The notes under the pieces were generated by a model. It did not search any database and had not been told where the DNA came from. It saw nothing but the letters and a program-made list of their open reading frames with translations. A stretch of DNA of 64,000 nucleotides from Eledone cirrhosa (Eukaryota), in contig OZ024740.1 of NCBI GenBank assembly GCA_964016885.1, positions 397,172,001 to 397,236,000 of the forward strand, given 5' to 3'. How positions within the stretch are numbered: position 1 is the first letter of the stretch; every line of letters begins with the position of its first letter. This document shows positions 43,268 through 57,656 of this stretch, piece after piece. Position numbers and translations under genes: made by a program.

Positions 43268-44275
43268 ATATGCATATAATATATATATATATATATGCAT
43301 ATAATATATATATATATGAGTATTGTTTTTCGTTATTTCATAGGTCGAAATACGATTCTCGATAATTTATATTTGTATTAATCTCCAGAGTCTAGCTATT
43401 GACCAGTTAATTTTCTTGATTTTTTTAGTTGATTCTATTGACTGATGAATAGCTTATGTTAATTTTAACCATTTGTTTGAAAACTCTATTCGATTTGTGA
43501 TGTTTTGCATTCTTGCAATAATATACACAACTGAATTCATTCGCCTAAAATAAGGGTTGCCTCCCTTGCCGAACCCCACGTGGGGCCAGTAACAGTCATT
43601 CCTTAAATTAGCATTGAACTAAAACCTGTTGAAAAAGTGGCTTCCTTGTTCAATCATCTTACCAGAAGCCTAACATTATTTATGTAAGTGGACAGTACTT
43701 GATTTAGGAGTCGCAGAAACCCAAATGCTGGATTTTACCAACCATCCAGGGGTCCGGGTAAATTTTCAATCACATATATTTCTATTTGTTTGACCCGAAT
43801 TACCAACCCAAAAAAAGCCTTCGTGAGCCTCCTTTTTTCAAGTAAAAAGAAATTCAAACACTCATATATGAAAAAACAACCTGTGACAACCCCCCCCCCC
43901 TCTCTTATTTGAAGAACTATTGTAACGCGAACTGGCGCGAAATTTATTATAATTATTGACAAACCAATCAAATTACTTCTCGAAAAACCTGGAATTTCGA
44001 GCCACTTTTTCCATATAAAAAAAGTAACATTCAGAGACCAACCAGATGTGAGAAAAACCACAGACCCTCCATCTCAACTCACCTTTTGAAAAGCAGAAGA
44101 ACTGCCAAACCGGTAAAGGAACCAAATAAATATATATATTTTAAAAAAAAATAAGACTTCAGTTGCATTTTCGATTTCATCTCTTTTTATTTATATATAT
44201 ATATATATAGTATATATATATATATAGATAGTGTATATATATATATATATATATATATAGTATATATAAATATAT

Positions 44276-45104
44276 ATCATCATCATCATCATCATCATCG
44301 TTTAACGTCCGTGTTCCATGCTTGCATGGGTTTGGACGGGGGTTTTCCCACTTGAGGCAAGAGTGGTTGTCTTGCTCGCATAGGACTGTCTGGCGGGTTT
44401 TCTACAGTTGGATGCCCTTCCTAACACCAACCACATTTACAGTGTGGGGCTGGGAGGTTTTTACCGTGTTGCCTACACGGCCACATTACAGCGTGGACTG
44501 TCTGGCAGGTTTTCTACAGCTGGATGCCCTTCCTAACACCAACCACATTTACAGTGTGGGACTGGGACGTTTTTACCGTGTTGCCTACACGGTCACATTA
44601 CAGCGTGGACTGTGTGTTTTTTTTTTCGTGACACCTACACGATCTCATTTGTTTCGGCCTTGAAAGGGGCGGTGTGGATGGGGTGGGGGTGGTGGGACGG
44701 GGGGTGTATTTTGTTAGAGATGCCTACTGACTGTAGTAGATTTTACTTTGTATTTAGGTAACGCGGGTCTTCTCTGTTACTGAGTACCGCCAAAGGTCTC
44801 GGTCCAGTGACATTGTCTTGGATAGGTGTAAGTGTGTGAGGTCGGAATTTATCAGCTCGTCCCAGGTTTTTCTGGGTCTGCCTACTCCGTGGCTACCATC
44901 TATCTTTATTGCCCGGCACTTTGTTATACAGCTGTCGTCTTTCATGCGCATCACGTGACCATACCAACGTAGCCTTCTCTCGAGTAAACAACATCTGATC
45001 CCTCTTATTTCTAATTTTTTCCTTAGTTCGTTTATGCTTTGCCGTTCGCGTATATTACTATTACACATCCAGCGGAGCATGCAAGCTTCGTTCCTCTCTA
45101 GTCT
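44276..45104 (-). mobile_element. RTE family A 3' end with tandem duplication in the 3' UTR
   Basis: A ~111-bp unit starting GGACTGTCTGGC occurs at ~44383 and again at ~44495. Confidence 0.9.
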
Positions 45105-45123
45105 ATATAGTATATATAAATAT

Positions 45124-48100
45124 ATCATCATCATCATCATCAACGTTTAACGTCCGTGTTCCACGCTTGCATGGGTTTGGACGGGGGTAGTCCCACTTGA
45201 GGCAAGAGTGATTGTCTTGCTCGCATAGGACTGTCTGGCAGGTTTTCTACAGTTGGATGCCCTTCCTAACACCAACCACATTTACAGTGTGGGTCTGGAA
45301 GGTTTTTACCGTGTTGCCTACACAGCCACATTACAGCGTGGACTGTGTGTTTTTTTGTCGTGACACCTACACGATCTCATTTGTTTCGGCCTGGATGGCG
45401 CGGCACCAACATAACTTTACATAGAACGGGGTGGTGTGGATGGGGTGGGGGTGGTGGTGGTGGGACGGGGTGTATTTTGTTAGAGATGCCTACTGGCTGT
45501 AGTAGGTTTTACTATGTATTTAGGTAAGGCGGGTCTTCTCTGTTACTGAGTACCGCCAAAGGTCTCGGTCCAGTGACATTGTCTTGGAGAGGTGTAAGTG
45601 TGTGAGGTCGGAGTTTATCAGCTCGTCCCAGGTTTTTCTAGGTCTGCCTATTCCGTGGCTACCGTCTAGCTTTATTGCCCTGCACTTTGTTATACAGCTA
45701 TCGACTTTCATGCGCATCACGTGTCCATACCAACGTAGCCTTCTCTCGAGTAAACAACATCTGATCCCTCTTATTTCTAATTTTTTCCTTAGTTCGTTTA
45801 TGCTTTGCCGTTCACGTATATTACTGTTACACATCCAGCGGAGCATGCAAGCTTCGTTCCTCTCTAGTCTGCGTATATCCTCTGCACACAATGCCCAGGT
45901 CTCACTGCCATGCGACATTGCTGTTCGTATGCAGGCATCGTACAACCTGCCTTTCATTTTTAGGGAGAACCCTTTAGCAGCTAATAGTGGTATAAGCTCT
46001 CTGAACTTTTTCCAACCAGTTCTGACTCTAGCTACTGTACTTTCAGAGCACCCTCCCCCACTGCTGATTTTATCGCCCAGGTAACGGAAGCTGTCCACTA
46101 TTTCTATAGAACCCTCTGCGCAATTGAAAGAGCTAGTATTTTGTGGGCACTTGCTGCTACTTATTGCACCAGAGCACCGGCCACATGTAAAATCTATGTT
46201 CTTAGTTAGCTTACCTGTGATCCCACTACATCTTTTATGCACCCATACTTTGCATTTAGGACATAAAATGGAGTTTCTACCTATGCCTTTCCTACACACC
46301 GAGCACGACCATTTCCCAGAAGGGACCGCCGCCTTATTTTCTTTCCTACAAACTAGAACTTTAGTCTTAGCCAGGTTAATTTTAAGTGCTTTTGATTCTA
46401 GGCCGTGCTTCCATGTTTGGAATTTCTTCTCTAGCTCGGCCATTGATTCCGCTATGAGTGTCAGGTCGTCTGCGTATAGGAGTTCCCATGGGCAGCCGGT
46501 CTTGAACTCCTCTGTTATAGCCTGAAGGGCAATAATAAATAGTAGGGGGCTGAGAACAGAGCCCTGATGGACGCCAACTTTTACGCTAAACTCTTCACTA
46601 TATTCGTTGTTAATTCTAACCTTGCTGACTATTTCTTTATACATGGCTTGTATAGCACTCACAAGCCATTCAGCCATTCGTCAACGCCTAGTTTTCTAAG
46701 AGCCCACCAGATAATGGAGCGGGGGACTCTGTCGAAGGCTTTCTCCAAGTCGACAAAAGCTAAGTAGAGGGGTTTACCTTTAGCTAGGTACTTCTCCTGT
46801 AGTTGTCGTACAATGAAAAGAGCGTCTGTGGTACTTTTGCCTGACACAAACCCGAACTGCATTTCATCTAGGTCAATTCTCTCTCTGATTAGTTGCGCTA
46901 TTACTTTTTGCGTGACCTTCATGACCTGGTCGATTAATTTAATGCCTCTATAGTTACTCCTATCTAGGGCGTCTCCTTTACCCTTATAACAGTTAACGAT
47001 GATGATGCTATGCCAGTCCTTCGGAACAACCCCATTCTGTACGACTTGGTTAACTATGCGGGTGACCATGGTGTGTCCCACCGTGCCAGATGCCTTCAGC
47101 ATCTCGGCAACTATTTCCGAAGGTCCAGCCGCCTTACCCGTCTTCATATCCTTGATTGCCTTACTTATTATACTCCCCTCGACTAACACTGCTGGTCCCT
47201 CTATTGGGTCGATATGGGGGAGACTGTCTTTCTCCCATTTATTCTCCTCATTTAGTAGCCTTTCATAGTGACACTTCCAAGCTACCTTCATACCAGTGTC
47301 GGTGATGGCAAGTATGCCATCATCGTTAAGGACACACTTCTCCCCGACAATATCACGGTTTTCCTTGACGCATTGCCTAGCAATCCTGAACACCTCACGT
47401 TTTTGGTCCACGCGTTGTAGAATATGCTTGAACTTTCTTTCCTCTGCTTCCCTTCTTGCTAAGTACACTTGTCTCCTAGCTTCCCTCCTGGCCACTTGAT
47501 AGTCTTCTCTACTTCCCCCATCCCGCCATACTTTCCAAGCCTTTTTTTTGGCCTAATTGACCCCTCCACCTTACTGTTCCACCACCATGTTACTCTCCTC
47601 CTGCCTACAGGCCTGCTCCAGCCACAGACTTCGTCTGTTGCCATCGGCAGGTTTGCTTTCAGAAATTCCCACTGTCCCTCTATATTGTCTGACTCTAAAT
47701 GTTCTTCCTTACTGTCGAAAGCATCGAGTAATAGGCTTTGAAATTTATTTCTGGCTGTGGGGTCCTTTAGCTTCCATATTTTTCTCCTGAGGATAGTCCT
47801 CTTCTGCTGTCGAGTACGTCTCGTCCTGACTATGAGGTCGCTAATTATCAGTCTATGTTGGGAGGTGCATTCTTCATGGGGAAGGGATTTAGTGTTTACA
47901 ACAGACACTCTGTCACGTCTTCTGGTAAGGATATAATCTACCTGGCTTGTGTGTTCCCCGGATCTATAGGTGATCAGGTGATTGTCACGTTTTTTGAAGT
48001 TAGTGTTACAGATAGTTAGGTTATTTGCATCACAGAATTCCAGGATTCTGGAGCCTTCCTCATTTCTAGTACCAAACCCATAGCCTCCATGGATTTCGTC

Positions 48101-48797
48101 GTAGCCGTCACAATGTTGTCCAACGTGACCATTTAGGTCACCTGCAATAATTATATAGTCACTGTCGGATATTTGGGAGGTAGTTAGCATCAGTGTCTCA
48201 TAGAATCTGTCTTTTATAGTGCCGGGCAGTCCGGATTGGGGTGCGTACGCAGATATTACTGTCACCGTAGTTCTATTGAGGACAAGTCGTATTTTAATTA
48301 TTCTGTCGTTCACTCTATTTACGTCTATTATCTTATCTGCCCACTTTTCTGCTACCATGATTCCTGCTCCACCCAGCCCATCGTCGTTTCCCACCCAGAA
48401 AAGCTTATAACATCGTTTTTTACCCTCAATGAATCTAGCAGACCCACCCCTCCACCTGGTCTCTTGAATACAACAAACATCGACCTCCTTACGTTCAAGC
48501 ATTTCTACAACCTCGTTAGCGCGACCCTTTAGGCGGCCTACATTTATGGTACCAACTCTGAAGTTTTGGATTGCATTTGGAGGGTGGGGGGAGATGGGGT
48601 TATGTTAGCCGCCCGCGGTCGAAACAAAGAGGAGTGCTCGCATTCTCGTCCACGAGGTGAATTTGTCTTTAACTTTGGCATTTTCGCTGAGCGTCCAGAT
48701 TTTTCTCTCTCTTCCACTCTCCAGGATTCCGCAGTCCATCCATCCATCCATCATATATCGAAAGGCAACCGGGCAAGCGATAGTATAGGCCTCTGGA
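45124..48797 (-). mobile_element. RTE family A near-full-length copy (APE + RT), frameshifted
   Basis: APE (CIQETRW, SAYAPQ, GDLNGH, QVDYIL, SQH) at 47459-48502; RT at 45520-47495. Frameshifts at an 8-bp duplication AGCCATTC (46664-46679), near 47545 and near 48545. Confidence 0.95.
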
Positions 48798-51077
<2,280 letters not shown>

Positions 51078-51277
51078 NNNNNNNNNNNNNNNNNNNNNNN
51101 NNNNNNNNNNNNNNNNNNNNNNNNNNNNNNNNNNNNNNNNNNNNNNNNNNNNNNNNNNNNNNNNNNNNNNNNNNNNNNNNNNNNNNNNNNNNNNNNNNNN
51201 NNNNNNNNNNNNNNNNNNNNNNNNNNNNNNNNNNNNNNNNNNNNNNNNNNNNNNNNNNNNNNNNNNNNNNNNNNNNN
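51078..51277. other. Assembly gap (200 N)
   Basis: Run of N. Confidence 1.
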
Positions 51278-51369
51278 TTACTCTTATATATACACATAGT
51301 ATATATACATACACAACCTCACTTATACACATATACACATAAGTTATATTACAATAATAATAAAGAATA

Positions 51370-51404
<35 letters not shown>

Positions 51405-51525
51405 TATATACATATATATATATATACACATACATACATACACACACATACATACACATAAATATATACATACATAAATACACACATACGAATAAAGACA
51501 TATATTCACACATAGACACCTATAT

Positions 51526-51611
<86 letters not shown>

Positions 51612-53692
51612 CACACACACACAACCACACAGACACACATACACACTCACATATATATATATATATATATGTGTATGTGAGTGTGCGCAAATACACATAT
51701 ATATACACATACACATACAAACACACACAAACACATACATATGCATACGTGCACACACACACACATATAACACATAGATACGAAGATAAACATATAAATA
51801 GAGAGACATACAAATATATACAGAACCCATATACACATACATACAAACACGCATATACATATACATATATATATACACATATATATATTCCTATATACAA
51901 GCATACACATACATACACATATATACATATACATACACATATACATACCACACATTCACATACACATACATATATAATACATATATATACATATATATAC
52001 ATACATATGTATGTACAATCATATATACACACTCAATCTTACATTCATATTTACATGCTCATATATGTATTTTTATATTTAGAAATAAATACCAAAACCT
52101 ATATAGACACCCACCTACACATATATTCATACATATACGCTTACAAAAACAGATGATAATAGTATGGGGGAAAGGGGGGGTTTGGAGAAGGGGATCAAAG
52201 TAAATATATGTTTCAAGAAACATATAATATTTTCCGTATCTTAATTCAATGTATGTTCTTACATATTTTCAGTGCTAGGAAATACGAAATCTATGCATCT
52301 CAAAATAAAAAAGTATACCATTAATCATATGTTAACTAAACCAAAGATAGTCAACATATTGATTTCTAAGGTGTAAATTAGTTAGGTTTATAATATTTGA
52401 AGCAGAATTATGAAGTCAAACAGTAGTAGATTATTAATTACATTATAACTAAATTAAAGTTAATAACGTTATGGTATCAATATTAGGAGATGAATTTAGT
52501 AATAGGGAAAAGAAACCCAAATAAAAATAAAATAAAGTATTACATCGGTAGTAGCATATAAATTATATGTTAACTAAATTAAAAATTATATATTTATTTC
52601 AATAGTATACGTTAATTAGTATATGTTAATTAGGTATACAATACATAAAGCAGATATTGTATTTCATCAATAGCATAATATAATTATATGCAAATAAAAA
52701 TCAAAATTAATACGCATACATATACATATACATACACATACACATACATATACATATACACACATATATATATATATATATACATATATATACACATATA
52801 TACATATATAGTCACATAAATATACATACAGATACACATACAACACACACATATACATATACATATAGATATACATATCTTTTTCAAAAAATTGCACAGA
52901 ATATATTAACTAGGTATATATCCAAAACACATCCCATTCTATGATTACATGACATTCTGCAATTCGTCTGTACAAGGATACTAATTTTAAGCAAATTAAA
53001 ATTAAAGTTTTATGTTGATTAAAACTAAAACCAAATAATAAATATATTTCCAAAATGTATATTAATTAGGTCTATAATACTAAAAATTCTTTCTCCGTCA
53101 TAGGATACAAGATATTATTTTGTTATATTTTATCTGTAAAAGAATTATAATAAAAAAAAATTATAATAAAAGGTTAAAATAAATTAAAATTAATCTATAA
53201 ATTAAATTACTGAGTATATATTAGTAATATTTAAAGGTTTTTCAAAATTTATGATTACATAATATTTTCTCATCTGTAATAAAATATTAATTAAATTAAA
53301 TTTATAGGTTAACTAACATTTAAATTAAATTAAATTCTAGAATAATGTTATTAATTAGGTTTATAATATTTAAATGTTTTTTTTAGTTTATGATTACACG
53401 ATATAATTAATTCCTGTCTTTCATTTAATAAGATATCACTAGACTTCATTATTTCAAATAGTTCTTGGGAACATAATCTACATTCCTTTCTATTATTTTG
53501 ATAAGGGGTGGCTCTTTTGAGCACACTCCAGGTCAAATCATATTTTATATTTTTATTTTTATAACTATTGATTTTTTCTGCTAGAGATGTTGTATTAGCC
53601 AGTGCGGCATTTTTAAAGCTATGTTTGTGGGTATTATACCTTGTCTTAAAATTGTTAGAGGTAGCTCCTATATATGAGCAAATAGAATCTTT
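51278..53692 (-). repeat. Inverted copy of the PLE pseudo-LTR (left arm of giant palindrome)
   Basis: Reverse complement of 53693-56097; mirror ORFs 53351-53815(-) and 53568-54032(+); cut by the gap. Confidence 0.92.
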
Positions 53693-55768
53693 AGATTCTA
53701 TTTGCTCATATATAGGAGCTACCTCTAACAATTTTAAGACAAGGTATAATACCCACAAACATAGCTTTAAAAATGCCGCACTGGCTAATACAACATCTCT
53801 AGCAGAAAAAATCAATAGTTATAAAAATAAAAATATAAAATATGATTTGACCTGGAGTGTGCTCAAAAGAGCCACCCCTTATCAAAATAATAGAAAGGAA
53901 TGTAGATTATGTTCCCAAGAACTATTTGAAATAATGAAGTCTAGTGATATCTTATTAAATGAAAGACAGGAATTAATTATATCGTGTAATCATAAACTAA
54001 AAAAAACATTTAAATATTATAAACCTAATTAATAACATTATTCTAGAATTTAATTTAATTTAAATGTTAGTTAACCTATAAATTTAATTTAATTAATATT
54101 TTATTACAGATGAGAAAATATTATGTAATCATAAATTTTGAAAAACCTTTAAATATTACTAATATATACTCAGTAATTTAATTTATAGATTAATTTTAAT
54201 TTATTTTAACCTTTTATTATAATTTTTTTTATTATAATTCTTTTACAGATAAAATATAACAAAATAATATCATGTATCCTATGACGGAGAAAGAATTTTT
54301 AGTATTATAGACCTAATTAATATACATTTTGGAAATATATTTATTATTTGGTTTTAGTTTTAATCAACATAAAACTTTAATTTTAATTTGCTTAAAATTA
54401 GTATCCTTGTACAGACGAATTGCAGAATGTCATGTAATCATAGAATGGGATGTGTTTTGGATATATACCTAGTTAATATATTCTGTGCAATTTTTTGAAA
54501 AAGATATGTATATCTATATGTATATGTATATATGTGTGTTGTATGTGTATCTGTATGTATATTTATGTGACTATATATGTATATATGTGTATATATATGT
54601 ATATATATATATATATATGTGTGTATATGTATATGTATGTGTATGTGTATGTATATGTATATGTATGCGTATTAATTTTGATTTTTATTTGCATATAATT
54701 ATATTATGCTATTGATGAAATACAATATCTGCTTTATGTATTGTATACCTAATTAACATATACTAATTAACGTATACTATTGAAATAAATATATAATTTT
54801 TAATTTAGTTAACATATAATTTATATGCTACTACCGATGTAATACTTTATTTTATTTTTATTTGGGTTTCTTTTCCCTATTACTAAATTCATCTCCTAAT
54901 ATTGATACCATAACGTTATTAACTTTAATTTAGTTATAATGTAATTAATAATCTACTACTGTTTGACTTCATAATTCTGCTTCAAATATTATAAACCTAA
55001 CTAATTTACACCTTAGAAATCAATATGTTGACTATCTTTGGTTTAGTTAACATATGATTAATGGTATACTTTTTTATTTTGAGATGCATAGATTTCGTAT
55101 TTCCTAGCACTGAAAATATGTAAGAACATACATTGAATTAAGATACGGAAAATATTATATGTTTCTTGAAACATATATTTACTTTGATCCCCTTCTCCAA
55201 ACCCCCCCTTTCCCCCATACTATTATCATCTGTTTTTGTAAGCGTATATGTATGAATATATGTGTAGGTGGGTGTCTATATAGGTTTTGGTATTTATTTC
55301 TAAATATAAAAATACATATATGAGCATGTAAATATGAATGTAAGATTGAGTGTGTATATATGATTGTACATACATATGTATGTATATATATGTATATATA
55401 TGTATTATATATGTATGTGTATGTGAATGTGTGGTATGTATATGTGTATGTATATGTATATATGTGTATGTATGTGTATGCTTGTATATAGGAATATATA
55501 TATGTGTATATATGTATGTATATGTATATGCGTGTTTGTATGTATGTGTATATGGGTTCTGTATATATTTGTATGTCTCTCTATTTATATGTTTATCTTC
55601 GTATCTATGTGTTATATGTGTGTGTGTGTGCACGTATGCATATGTATGTGTTTGTGTGTGTTTGTATGTGTATGTGTATATATATGTGTATTTGCGCACA
55701 CTCACATACACATATATATATATATATATGTGAGTGTGTATGTGTGTCTGTGTGGTTGTGTGTGTGTG

Positions 55769-55818
<50 letters not shown>

Positions 55819-55968
55819 GATATATATATATATATATATATATGTGTATATAGGTGTCTATGTGTGAATATATGTCTTTATTCGTATGTGTGTATTTATG
55901 TATGTATATATTTATGTGTATGTATGTGTGTGTATGTATGTATGTGTATATATATATATATGTATATA

Positions 55969-56009
<41 letters not shown>

Positions 56010-56300
56010 CTTTATTATTATTGTAATATAACTTATGTGTATGTGTGTATAAGTGAGGTTGTGTATGTATATATACTATGTGTATATATAAGAGTAATGA
56101 AATATATATATATATATATATATGTGCATGTCTGTTTTTTATGTGTGTGTATATATATATATGTATGTGTATATGTGTATATATATATATATGTGTACGT
56201 GTGTGTATGTGGATATATATATATATATATATATATACATGTGGGTGTTTGTATGTGTATTTATGGTGGTATGAGTGTGTGGATATATATGTTTGTGTAT

Positions 56301-56332
<32 letters not shown>

Positions 56333-56353
56333 GAGTCTATGTGTGTGTGTATA

Positions 56354-56392
<39 letters not shown>

Positions 56393-57504
56393 GTGTGTAC
56401 GTGTTGCGCGTGAGTGTGTGTGTATTTATATCTTTTTATATGTGTATGTGTATGTTCGTGTAAATGTATGTGTGTGTATGACTGTATAGGTATGTGTGTA
56501 TGTATGTATGTGTAGATATCTCTATGTGCGCGTACATGTATGTATGTGTATGTATATCTGTATGTGTATGTACATTATATTATATTTATTATATTTTATT
56601 GTTTTTATTTTTTTATTTTTCTTAATTTATAGATACATTTATATTAGGCAGTCTGGTCTGACAATCTAATACTGACCCCTCCACCCCCCTCCCACCTAAT
56701 TTCTGTATCTTGATCTTGAAATGTGTGTACCAGTGTTTTTATGTGAGTGACTTAATTTCTATTTGCTTATGATTTTATATCCACATATATAAATGTGAGT
56801 GGGGGAGTGTGTGTGTTTGTATGTTCGTGGTTATGTGTATATTTATGCATATACGCACATGTATGTGTGATTATACTGATATGTGTGAGTATGAAAAAAA
56901 TATATTTATATGCTTGACTCCATAAGTATCATTGCGTATCTTATCAGCGCATTAAGCTTACAGAGATATTAACCTTGAAATTTTGTGTTTGCATCCATCT
57001 TTTTACTATGCACATACAAATTATACACACATTATTGTAAAATATGTGTAAGGTTTTTACATGTATATACACACACCAAACTGCTTTTAACCCTTTGTGT
57101 TTTCATTGGTCAATTTTGAACTGATATTTTGAATTGTTGTTATTATCAATAAATATACTTCATTATTTCTGAAGACGGCGTATATATGAGTTAGGTATGT
57201 ATATTTAATCTTGATAATTTGTATAATTTTGTATAATTTTGTACATAGATCTGTTAAATATGCATACCAATTATAACACATATATACCCTAGAAACGATC
57301 GTTAAATAGTGAACTTTTTTTGTTTAATATAAGGAATTGTTTGTTCATTATTTGTTTAATATTTTATCTTGACTCTGTATACCGTTTATCTTTCACCGAA
57401 AGTGGATTTTCATTACATCTCTTCTTTCCATGATATCCGGAATACATTGAGTTCTTCATACGGATTGGACACTACCGTAAACTCTTGGTAGATTTATCTA
57501 CATA
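53693..57504 (+). repeat. 5' pseudo-LTR of the PLE (~3.8 kb)
   Basis: Direct repeat of 59759-63574; starts inside the GIY-YIG coding region (DSICSYIGAT). Confidence 0.92.
57159..57313 (+). ncRNA. Type I hammerhead ribozyme with long stem II (5' pLTR)
   Basis: Stem I TTCATTATTT/AAATAGTGAA; CTGAAGA at 57169-57175; stem II 57176-57291; GAAA at 57292-57295; stem III AC-GATC-GT; predicted GUU cleavage after 57303. Confidence 0.78.
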
Positions 57505-57656
57505 ATTTTGCTCCTATTTTCACGGAAATATTCGTATTTTTGTACTGTATGTGTGTATTAATTTTATATTTATGTATAAACATATATATATGTATGATTT
57601 TGTAAACCCATATACATTTAGTTGAGCTCTTTCAATTGTCCATCATCCATATCACA

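Noticed and set aside
43440-43500. CTGATGA..GAAAA as a hammerhead
   Set aside because: No consistent stems I-III around the core.
53351-54032. Two 154-aa ORFs on opposite strands as a gene pair
   Set aside because: By-product of the palindrome: antisense sequence fused to the GIY-YIG C-terminus.
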